Source of the DNA: Girardia tigrina
Taxonomy: Eukaryota
NCBI GenBank assembly: GCA_001938485.1
Contig: MQRK01238006.1
Location: forward strand, 12,139-76,138
Length of the DNA: 64,000 bases
Reading direction: 5' to 3'
Of this stretch, positions 1-11,024 are shown piece by piece. The position numbers and the translations under genes are program-made. Under the pieces are notes generated by a model, which was given only the letters and a program-made list of their open reading frames with translations, did no database searches and had not been told where the DNA came from. The first letter of the stretch is position 1. The number at the start of each line of letters is the position of its first letter.

Positions 1-114
1 AGTGTGTTGACAACATGGGGGGATATTTTGATTAAAAATAAAATGTTATTATTTAAAAAAAATCGATTTACATTTTACTTTAATTTTGACCCGTTTCATA
101 TCGAACAACCTAAT
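1..114. mobile_element. Right end of a mariner-type element or MITE
   Basis: Ends ...ccgtttcatatcgaacaacctaa|ta, the reverse complement of a mariner-like TIR (ttaggttgttcgatatgaaac) followed by TA. Confidence 0.55.
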
Positions 115-163
115 AGCACACGGATTCACTCCAACATGAAATATTTTTTAGGTCTTTAACTGC

Positions 164-571
164 CTAACGTATATGATAGTTTAAAGACTCGAAGCATTCT
201 ACAAAGTGTGCAAGCGATTTATATTGTAAAATGTTAATAAAGTATTTAGAAAGAGTAGAACTTGCGACTGCCTCTTTGGCATGAGTAAGAAGGAGCTCTT
301 TGCATTCAGTGGAATTAAAAATCTGTTGAACTGTTGGCAAATACTCTACGTAGTAGAAAGCTGCATGCAACCATGTGGTCCATCTCGTGAAAACCGACTG
401 AGATGATTGTTCAATAATTTTAAATAGGCCTCGCCGTTCACGGTTTTTTACTGCAAGGGCTTTGACAGTGTCAATCAAGTTGTATACTGGTACATATTTT
501 GTCTTCACTTGCATTTCACAATTGTGCAGTAAATGAGCTCCGCAGGTTACATGAAACAGTTGTGAATACAT
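164..571 (-). mobile_element. hAT-like (DUF659-type) transposase fragment
   Basis: HVTCGAHLLHNC (CxxH motif) and TRWTTWL motifs; truncated. Confidence 0.7.
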
Positions 572-899
572 TGTCTTCAGAACAATGATAATGAATAAAG
601 AAGAAATACAATTAAGATAACCTAGAACAATTTAAAACAGAAAAAAATTAATTGAATATTTGAACAGATATTGAATATGAGAATGAATAAAGAAAAAATA
701 AAGTAAAATAAACTAGAACAATTTAAAAATTAAAAAAACTTATGGAATATTACAAAACAATGTTTTCTAAACTTTTAATATTTTTTTAAAGTTAAAACTT
801 TTTTCAATTGACATTATTGACTTAATTAAACTTTCTTTGACATATTTTTTACACATATTTTTTACACTTTCTTTTACACTGGATTTGTATTTTCTTTTG

Positions 900-2372
900 C
901 AATCAGCATTCCCGGTCGGATAGTTGACGGTAAACTTCGCCATCTTCAATCGGGCATAAACATCATGTTGATCTTGTCATTGATTTCATATTAACTACTA
1001 TTTTCACGGTACGAATAACTCCATCTTTTCCAGAATACACCTGGGATATTCTTGCCAAAGGCCACTTTCCACTTTTCCTGTCTCCTAACAACCAAACAAG
1101 ATCACCTATTTTTGGTTGTTTACTGATATCCCACCATTTCTTTCGTTCTCTGCAATCAAGAATAAATTTTTTTGCCATCTATTCCAAACGTGATCCCTCA
1201 GCCGATTAACATATTTCCATCGAGTACTGAGTCTTCTATTGCCCCTTTGCGTTAGTTGATCCTCCGTAGCTTGATATCTAGCCCTCAGAAAATGATTTGG
1301 AGACAATGTTTCTTCCTCTTGATCATCTGCAGTTCTCACTAACAACGGTCTTTGATTTAAGATTCCTTCCACCTTTATTATTGCGGTTAACAATTCTTCT
1401 TCATTAATATCTGCATTATTTAACACTCGATACATTGCCTTTGTCATTGTCTTTATTAGCACTTCATAATCACCCTCAAAATATGGCGATGCAGGTGTGT
1501 TAAATTTCCATTCGATATTCTCTTTTGCCAATTCTAATTGTACTTGGTGATTATCAATATGTATCTCTTCAATTTCTTTCGTTGTGCCAATAAAATTTGT
1601 CTCGTTATCTGAAACGATCAATTGAGGTCTTCCTCGTCTCGAAATGAATCTTCAGAGACATTTTTAAAAGAATCTGTTTCAAGATCCATGACTACTTCAA
1701 GGTGGACGGCTCTCGAGATCAGACAGGCGAAGAGACAAACGTACCTTTTCTTCCGCGATATTCCCCGTCCTAGCACCGTCTTGAACAGTCCTGCAAAATC
1801 TACCCGAATCTTTAAAAATGCTTCTAATGGAATCTTCACCCTATAAACGGGGTTTGGTGCAATCTTTGGAAAAAAGGACTTTGCTCATCTCATTTGACAC
1901 AGTAAATTTTTTTTATTTTGAAATTTTACAATTTTTGTGAGATCTGGGGCCCATAGCCATTTAGACAACTGGACAAAGACAAAATTGAAACCGGCTACAT
2001 GTTGAAATATGTTGTGTTCCATATCAATAATTAATCTGAATATTGCACTCGTTTTGGAAAAAAATATTGGATATTTTGTTTTATACGGTATCAAATCCGA
2101 GTTACTCAATCTTGTATTTGCTAGGATTATTCTTTTTTTCATCTATAAATGCATTTATCCGCTTCAATTGTTAATTTTTAATGTCCTGTCCATATCTGAG
2201 ATATTTAATCTCTTGCATAAAGGTCTTTGATTGATCTAATTTAATCAAAACAAATTCAGCATTCTGGAGTTCCATTATTGTGAGATCATTTGACTGACGT
2301 TGAGTTTTATCTCTCATTCTGCAATTTTTTATACACCACAGAACCCAAGCCATCGCTCTTTTCAATTTCAAG
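900..2372 (-). mobile_element. BEL/Pao LTR retrotransposon pol 3' part (integrase and C-terminal domain), frameshifted
   Basis: VDFAG..KRYVCLFACLISRAVHLE, SDNETNF, WKFNTPASP, VEGILNQRPL, LSPNHFL, WPLARISQVYSGKDGVIRTV motifs across ORFs 963-2142. Confidence 0.9.
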
Positions 2373-3295
2373 CGGCGTGTTTGTTTTGCAACTATATGTG
2401 GTATTTGCAAAAATTTGCCATGTTCTTCAAGCGAGTTCTTTGTTGTTTGACATAGAATTGTAAATTCTTCGTCTGTGTTTCTTCTTAAAGTTTTCAAGAT
2501 AGTACGAATTTTATCTACATTCATAAATGCATTTGTGAGATCTGTATTAGTTGCTTGCAATTTTTTAGAAAGGCGTAATGTGTAGCCCATTACTTTTTCC
2601 GAAACTATTAAACATATTTCAAAATTTGATGTCCTAAGTGGATTACTAAAATGTAGCGCCTGTTGGGATTTATCCTTATTATGGAAAGTTTACAATTCTT
2701 CAAGAGCAGTCATGATTGCCGAGTAAATTTCTATGAAATGTAATACAGCCTCATGTTTATGTACCAAACGTGTTTCGCACACAACAAGTAAATGTTTCTT
2801 ATGTAGAGTTTTTAAATTGATCAATTTTATTTTTTAAAATGGAATAATGTTGAACAGAGTACCTAAAAAAGTACCAACAGATTGTATTACTCATATATAA
2901 TTCCGGATTTCTGGAAAGGCGCATGAATCCACTATAGCAAGATTGATAGAATGTGCACCAAAATGTGCATATAGAGCTAAAGGGCATTCTTTACGAACAT
3001 ATGCTTGAACATCATGCAAATATCCACTCATAGAAGCGGTTCCGTCGTAGCCTTGCCCAACTACGTGATAGCACTGAAGGCCATATTTTTTATGGTATTT
3101 AAAATTAAATTTGCCAAACCAATTCCAGTAACGTCAGTATTTGGTATTTATTCTAGAAACATCTCTTTAATCCTGTGTCGATCATTCTCACAATCTACAT
3201 ATCTTAGGCAAATGGATACTTGTTCTATGTTTAAAATATCAGTCTTTTATCGTCTAAAATCGGCTAAAACATTCTTCAGAAAAATGCAATAAAAT
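2373..3295 (-). mobile_element. hAT transposase pseudogene fragment (DUF4371/ZMYM-like)
   Basis: Minus-strand translation gives TDILNIEQVSICLRYVD, AHFGAHSINLAI, CETRLV, LSKKLQ; several stops; abuts the BEL fragment. Confidence 0.8.
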
Positions 3296-3525
3296 ATTGG
3301 ATTTTAGTAATTTTAAAATAACTTTTCAAAGATCAACTTCAATTTTACTCTGTATTCGTAATGCGTTCATTGCGTATTTGAATAGAAAACTTACGTCATT
3401 TATTATAAGTATGGTAGACCAAATCTCAAATATTTAATTGTGTTATTAAAAATGATGATAAAGTACAAGGATTAAGAAAACTAATTTAAATATAATATTG
3501 AGTTTCATAAAAGGTTAAAATAAAG

Positions 3526-6500
3526 ATGGAGCCGATTAAAATTGGTGAAGTGGAATTTAAAAAGTGTTCTCTATTAGAAAATCGGATCCTAATCGGAATA
3601 GATTGCGGATTTTCCTTAACGAAATTTATATTTCTAAATAAAGAAAATAAGAAACAATTAGAAGATGATCGAGTGGAATATGTAACATTTCGATATGCTA
3701 TTTTCGATAATAAAAATGTGGAGGAATCGCTGGGATGGTTGAAGGAGAACGCATTTGTTCCCAAAGACTCTCTGTTACAAATTCAGGGAACTGGAGTGAA
3801 TCTTTTTAGATTTCGGTTCGAATTGGACATTTGAATGTTCTATGAATTATTGTTATTATTCTAGGGAGTATATTGAATCGGTTTTTCAATTAAAATTAGT
3901 TACAGTGAGAGAAGATCTGGCGATTGTAGCGGGTCATAAAATCGCTTTTGAACAAATAAGTAAGGATCAGATAGTTTGTCCGGCAATGGAGATTGGGAAT
4001 ATCGAAACAATTGATAATGAATTATTCAAAAAAGTTTATAATTACAGAAGTTTGAAAAAGATATTTTCATGTTTAGTTTTCAGAAATCATAAATAAAAGA
4101 CTTAATACAGAAGATGATCCTCAAACTACAAATACGTCTTCTTATTTTCCATGTTTACTTTATCATTGCGGATCAGCGTCATCAATTTACTATTTCGATA
4201 GAAACGGTTTAGCTAAACCTGTAGGATATATTCAAAATGGGGGGAAAACCTTTTTAGGAATTGCAAAATGTTTAATAGATACCAACGTAAAAATGATAAA
4301 TTTGTTTTTTTAATGAGATTTGATTTCGGAGTAACAGAATTACAAAGAAATAATCGAATGTGCCGAAAAGGGGGATCGAAGTAAAGTGGATATTCGAGTA
4401 AAAGATGTTATTAGTGCAGAAATTAAATCTCCATATGGACGATTTCCTCCAGAAATGCCACTTTTTGCTTTTGGCAAAATAGCAGAAGAAGCAAATGACT
4501 TGAAGATATTTACAAAGAATGATAAGGCCCTATCTTTAATAGGTTATTTAACGGCATTAATGTTTCTGGACACTAATCGGGCCTGCATTATTACGAGAGT
4601 AAAAAGGGTAATCTTTAAACTTATTTTAAGTTTCTAAAAAATTATATTTTTTCTTTATAAACTGAAAGCTTTTTTATGTAATTAAAGCTATTTATCGATG
4701 CTTTCAACGATGATTTATTGAACCTTTTATTATTATCAACAGTTAATCTGATTGTATTTTCTATTTTTCTAAGATCATTACTTTCAAATTTCTTTACGGT
4801 TTATCCATTTCCTTAACAGATGTGAAATTATTTTTGTTAAAATTAAGTCTCATTGGTACCCCAAAAAATGGAAAGACGACAAAAGCGCGTTGTCAAAACT
4901 GACATTTTGTGCTTTGAAAAAGTGGAACAATAGAGATTTTATTTGAAATAGAAGAGATTCTATTTTTAAAATGTAACCAATGATCAAGAAACTTACTCAA
5001 TCGACTTGATTGTCAATGATAACTAATCCGAGTTTAGAGATGACGATTTGTCTCTCCAACGTGAACCTCAAATCCTATAAATGTATTAAGCCCGAGGCTT
5101 TTTAGGAGGCCTGGAACGACGATGGTTTCAAAAAACACTCCCCTAATGCATGCTTAAGCTCCACCGGCGAACCGGTTTCACACCACCACTCAAGATTAAA
5201 AATCGCGAATCATTATGATGTAATTTACCATGGATATTGAGGTCACAACTTCCCACATGATACCAAAATTAGGTAAGCTAAAGCCTTGTAAGGGGATTGC
5301 AAGCCCACTGGTACTACAATATTTTGTCGTCACAGATATCGCTAGCTTCAGATACTTTAGCCTAGAGACCGTGTCGAACCGATTCTAGTTTCCCAGGGAT
5401 ACTATGTGGAAGTATGTATGCTCGGCTTGCTCAGAGAACCCTGATCTCTCCAATGTACGAGTTTTTACACCCGTGACAAGTAAATTTATAAATTTTATAA
5501 TAAAAATTATAAAATGTTTTATTATAAAATTTATAAATTTAATTGTCACGGGTGTCAAAACTCATACATTGAGATACAAAACTCATACATTGGGATACAA
5601 TATCTTTCGCCTCCTCGTGGTTTACCCCGGTACTAGAGTCACCTTCTCTAGGCTAAATGAGAGATGAAGCTTACGGGATTAGCCATTCTGTTCGCGGATT
5701 AACTCGTTGCTACTGAAACTCAAACAAGGAGTCTGGCAGGACTCGCAGTCAATAATCTCCCGACTGGTTCCGGCGACACAGGGACCAACCTCGGAAAACT
5801 GAAAATCGGCACGTGGAATGTGCGTGGGCTCAACTACGAAAAGATTGTATCTATTAATGAAGCTCTGAGAAGAACAAAAACAGAGGCGTGCATCCTAACC
5901 GAGACTCACTGTTGGGGAAATGAAACGACCCAATACAACGGCTGGAATATACTCCACAGTTGCAGTATCACTGGGGCACGAAGAGAAAGAGGATTAGCTC
6001 TGATGATAAAAGAGGATGATCTGACGAAAATAACCTTCACACCTGTTAATGATCGAATTTTTGCTTGCAGGTACATACGGAAATCTATTACACTTATCGG
6101 AGTGTATGCATCGACGGACTGTGGGTATACACATGAGGAGAAAGAGGAATTCTACACAGTATTGCAGGAAGTGATTACAAAAGAATAAAAATTCGCTAAG
6201 GATAATAAAATGGAACAGTTAGTTGGAGGCGACTTCAACTGTCGGCACAAGCGATGCGATGAAAACAGCTCTGTAGTGGGTCCATGCGTAAGCGGCATCC
6301 GCACTTCAGAGAACGGAGAACTGCTTGTTGACATGGCAAAATCCTGTGGTTTGCGCGTGGAGAATACATTCTTCATGAAACAAATCAAACAGAAAACGAG
6401 TTGGACTCACCCAGGAACAAAAAGGAGAGAATTGCTTGATCTTTTTCTATCAGAGAAACACCGATGCAATAGAATGACAAACATCCGAAGTTACCCGAGC

Positions 6501-9162
6501 TTCGATTGTGGATCGGACCACGACTTAGTGGTTTTAACCACGTTAGTTCGTGAGGAAAATAAACGCCCAAAACGCTTGAGAAACGATAAGAACCCGCGCA
6601 AACAAAAACTACTAGACAGGGAAGCAATTTTCAAGAAGAAAGAGGCGATAATAGAATCACTTCCGCATCTTACTGTTTCAGGCACCACTATGTGGAACTC
6701 CCTTAATCATGCAATCAGAAGTGAGATACAAAGGCTGAGTAGAAAAAGGAAAAGAGCACCAATCAATCAGCGGTGGTTTAATGGGCACCTAGACGAACTT
6801 AAGATGATGATCAGAGAAAAATGGGCAAGGCATTCAGAAGTCGTAAAAGACAGAAATGAGACAACGTACTCGAGGTGAAAGTCAAGCAGACTTCTTATTC
6901 CGAGAAAGCTTCGACAATGGAAACGGGAAAGAGCAGAAGCTCTTGGAGAGCAAATTGAAAAGATTCTTGCAAACGACGGAAGAGGGAAAATGAAAGAACT
7001 CATAACAGAGTTACGTGTTCTCTGTAACACACAATCGAAAGAGAACATACTGTGCGCTATCTCAACTCCGATAGGAAACGAAGAACTATCTGCACATTTC
7101 AACAACCTCTTTCGAGCTAATTCTCATTTAGACGAAAGAATTGATATCGCAGGGGAGACATCCAACCTGGACACTCTGGATCTACCCCCCACCTTTGAAG
7201 AACTGGAGGTTGCAGTGAAGCAATTGAAGAAAGGTACAGCAGCAGGCTTAGATGGACTTATTCCTGAAGTATATAAATTGTGAGGTATGAATATTATCTC
7301 CCTACTAGAAATATGCTTCAGGAATATATGGGACGGTGTGGAAGAGTTCCCACCAAGTTGGAGAGAGGCCAGAGTGGTCATTCTCTTCAAAGGGAAATGA
7401 TCTCGTAAAGACCCGAATAACTATAGAGGTATTTTCCTACTAGACGTAGGCGCTAAAGTCTTTGCGAGATTTATTGCTAATCGTATTAGTCCAATAATTG
7501 AAGCCTCACTGGACGATTGGCAATTTGGATTCCGGACAGGCAGAGGAACGCAACAAGCTATCAGCATCTTGAGAAAGTTACAGGAAGAAAAAAGATAAAA
7601 AAATATCCACATTTTTGTAATCTTTATAAATCTGGAGAAAGCATTTGACAGCGTCCCCCTGGAGTCTCTCTGCAGCTGTTTAAAGAAACTAGGGATAAGG
7701 GGGAGAATGCTTGAAGTTATCAAAGCCTTTCATGAGGGATTTAAAGCTTCAATAGAGGATAAAACCTTCAATATGAACAAAGGAGTTAGACAAGGTTGTG
7801 TTTTAGGTCCGCTCCTATTCAATATGGTCTTCGATACAGTCCTGAAACGAGCGATATTGAATGGTCTCTCAGGAGGAGCAAAGATGACTACTGAAGATGG
7901 AAGCTGCCTCGAGATCAACAGACTGGCTAACGCGGACGATCTCTGTCTGATTGACACTGACTGGAACAATCTTATCAGAAACCTTATTCTACTGAATGAC
8001 TCATTTGTAGATTTAGGACTAAAGATCAATATCAATAAGACCAAAGTTATGAACATAAACGGAGATACCAAAGTTCTCACCGCCGGACACCAGCTTGAGA
8101 CTGGTATTGAGTGGGTATCCAAATTCGTCTATTTGGGTTCCACAATTAGCAAACTAATTTTCAAGGTTATTTAAAAACTAGTATATAAACAATAATTATT
8201 TCAGTCATATTCACAATAAAATTACGGACAAAATTATACTTGCGGACCTTATTAAATCTTTAAACTTTATTATCATTTACAGTAATCTTTCTTCACTTAA
8301 TTTTTGTTTACTTAACAAATCTAGTATCCTGTAAAAGAGAAAAATTTAATCTTGATTTTCAGATACTGCTCGTTCTAAATTGATACTGGTTTGTGCTGGT
8401 TAAGTGTGCTTCAAATTATTGATTTATTGTTAAAGTTTCGATTTAAATTTCGAAAGATGACCGTTACGTCACAGTGTGTTACGTCAAAATACTCTAATAT
8501 GATTGGACGAATCACTTTGCACATTTATACTAGGTATACAAAACTTTATCAAGAGTGCTTCAGTAATTGTCCTTTCATAATTGTGATCAAAGTTACTAAT
8601 CAAAACCCGAAAATCATTATCAAATACCCTCCTTTGAGTTCCATGACATTTCACTATGTGGTCCAAAATTGAGCTTTTTCTACTTGATTGGGTATATTCT
8701 GCAATTCTAGTACGGAGGTGACTATTTGTCTCTCTAATGTACAAGGATTCACACTTGTGACATTTATATTGGTAAACTAAATTTGCTTTCATTCCCAATT
8801 GTGTTTTTCATGTCACAAGTATGAATCCTTGTACATTGGAGAGACAAATCGTCACCTCCGTACTAGAATTGCAGAACATACCCAATCAAGTAGAAAAAGC
8901 TCAATTTTGGACCACATAGTGAAATGTCNNNNNNNNNNNNNNNNNNNNNNNNNNNNNNNNNNNNNNNNNNNNNNNNNNNNNNNNNNNNNNNNNNNNNNNN
9001 NNNNNNNNNNNNNNNNNNNNNNNNNNNNNNNNNNNNNNNNNNNNNNNNNAGAACTGAAGATGCCACAAAAGTGGCGAAACATGTTTTCGAATAAAAATTT
9101 AAAATTAAAATGGTGTTATTTTTGTTTAATGACTAAATTACCATTTGATTTAAAGAAATTAA

Positions 9163-9203
<41 letters not shown>

Positions 9204-9490
9204 TAATTAATAATAATAAATGAAAAATATGACATGAAAACGTTATCCACCAAAACATATTTATTGCTTGAGTACATTGTTTTCTTAAAAATGAATATTA
9301 ATAAATTGTATTATTGTAGGTGCTTCTTTCTGGAAATATGTATCAGTCAAATCTGTTTCAAAGAGAATTTCAGGATGGAATGTCATATTTTACCACGAGT
9401 ATTAAATATGATTTTTTAAAACTGGGATTTGGTATTGCCCTAGGAGCTATGCTATGTTGTGATGAGGACAGATCCAAATATTTCCTATGA
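3526..9490 (+). CDS. Type II (fumble-domain) pantothenate kinase-like gene, ~369 aa; exons 3526-3815, 3865-4033, 4077-4286, 4338-4607, 9320-9490
   Basis: GT-AG introns keep the frame (intron 2 could alternatively be 4050-4083). Motifs IGIDCGFSLTK, FPCLLYHCGSASSI, GGKTFLGIAKCL, AEKGDRSKVDIRVKD, FAFGKI, RVLLSGN, GFGIALGA are collinear with eukaryotic PanK; TGA stop at 9488-9490. Confidence 0.85.
4975..8150 (+). mobile_element. Non-LTR retrotransposon (RTE-like, APE endonuclease plus RT), decayed and 3'-truncated, in PanK intron 4
   Basis: KIGTWNVRGL, GDFN, SDH (APE); KGTAAGLDG, NYRGIFLL, QFGFRTGRGT, KGVRQGCVLGPLLFN, NADD (RT); internal stops; 5' boundary approximate. Confidence 0.9.
5451..5571. 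repeat. Near-perfect foldback with ~55-bp arms, MITE-like, in the LINE 5' region
   Basis: caatgtacgagtttttacacccgtgacaagtaaatttataaattttataataaaa pairs with ttttattataaaatttataaatttaattgtcacgggtgtcaaaactcatacattg. Confidence 0.85.
8484..9165. mobile_element. Penelope-like element: inverted pair of GIY-YIG endonuclease 3' fragments with a pLTR
   Basis: LVYQYKCHKCESLYIRETNSHLRTRIAE on - (8484-8798) and a near-identical YIGETNRHLRTRIAEH on + (from 8799); hammerhead, AATAAA and (TA)n follow. Confidence 0.88.
9051..9088 (+). ncRNA. Minimal type I hammerhead ribozyme (Penelope pLTR)
   Basis: gaa-CTGAAGA-t-GCCAC-aaaa-GTGGC-GAAAC-at-GTT-ttc: core boxes, 5-bp stem II, palindromic stem III. Confidence 0.75.
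9166..9199. repeat. (TA)n microsatellite
   Basis: Directly visible run. Confidence 0.95.
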
Positions 9491-10947
9491 TATTTGTCAA
9501 TTTTGAACACAAGGAAACTCAAATTTAAATTTGTTTTTAAATTGTCATAGTTATTTAGGGAATAACAAATTTTTATCGTAGTTTTTATGGATTGCACTAT
9601 ATTCTGATTTCTTATTTCCCTTAGGCATTGGGCGCTTCAGCAGTTACGTGATTTTTCCATAAAAAATGTTAACTTAAATTATTGATTTTCATGTTTTGAA
9701 TACATTTCTGTTAGTCTGAACCAAACTCCGAATTCACCACTGTGAGGCTCCCCAATTTCTGATTTTCATACGATATTGGTTGTTGGGAGCGTTGTTGAGT
9801 TCATAAAATTGTTGAATTTACAATATTATCAAATTAATAATTAAACAATGACATTCCGTAAAATATTGTTATAGATATGTTAAAATAAGATTTTCAGAAA
9901 TTTAAGGTAAACATTAATTTATGTAAGAAACAAAATAAATTTTATGGTAGGTTTATTAAAAGATTTATGCAAAGATTAATAAAGTAAAAAAGTTAATTTC
10001 AAATTTGATGAAAATATTTAATTGAAATAAAATCAAAAGTAATATAAAGTTTAATATTTTATTTGCGAAATGAAAGTAAACTAAACTATTTTTTGTAACT
10101 TTTAAATCGAAGTAAATTAAAAATGTAATTGTAATTTTTTATTGGAAATTTAAATTGGAATCAAAATATAATTGTAAAACTATTAAATCAATTTAAATGA
10201 ATATTAACAACATCAATATGAGGTTTACAACATTTATTAATATCACAAGCGCATTCACTATTTGACATCTCTGTCGTGTTCCCCCTTTTTTTAACATTTT
10301 TGTAAGCTCAGAGCCCACATCCGCTTTTTAGTTAAACGGCAACTCTATCACATAATTTACGCTCCTATATCTTAAAACTACACTCATGGGGAACAGACGC
10401 GTCTCCTCCACGCACATCAACAAGTTGTGTGTGCTTCGGAGCGCCTTCGGGTTCTCTACCAGTATCGAGTATGGCCCAACTGGCAGCTCAGCTTCTGGAG
10501 GGGTTGATATTACTAAAGCCTGCATTTTAAATTACACTGATGAATTATTAAGGTAAGACAAAGAGAGCCGCAAGGAAATAAACGATGGTCCGTCCGCGTG
10601 CCCCTTGCATTCTGCGGCCGGCCTGCGTCACCTCCAAAAGGTTCTTTGCCTCGATGAAAACTCGTTATCACAATCCTAGTTACCTTCACACACCCAATCT
10701 ATCGATATACATTTCTGAAAATTATTTTCGCAACAATAATGATCGTTGGATAAACATTGAAATTCATATTGTTTGAAAACGGAAAAAACGTTAATAAAAT
10801 CAGATAATGAAACATAAACATCAAGTTGAAATTAGAAGAATTAAAATACAATTTGAACAATTCTTAGCGTCCGAATTTCAAATTCCGTTAATTCTTTAGG
10901 AAAATAAATAAGCAAATGTGATTAAAAATATTTTGTGTTTAAGCAAT

Positions 10948-11024
10948 TTATACATATATACATACACACATACATATATATATATATACATACATACACA
11001 CACACATATATATATATATATACA
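10948..11024. repeat. Compound (TA)n/(CA)n microsatellite
   Basis: Directly visible run. Confidence 0.9.

Noticed and set aside
2171-2590. 139-aa ORF as a novel protein
   Set aside because: Chance in-frame fusion of a hAT fragment and BEL pol at ~2372
4975-5400. HDV-like ribozyme in the RTE 5' UTR
   Set aside because: Expected for some RTE elements, but a consistent double pseudoknot could not be built by eye
6152-8122. Several minus-strand ORFs
   Set aside because: Antisense shadows of the LINE ORF
10272-10671. Possible solo LTR (TG...CA, GC-elevated)
   Set aside because: No convincing TSD, PBS or second copy; left unannotated
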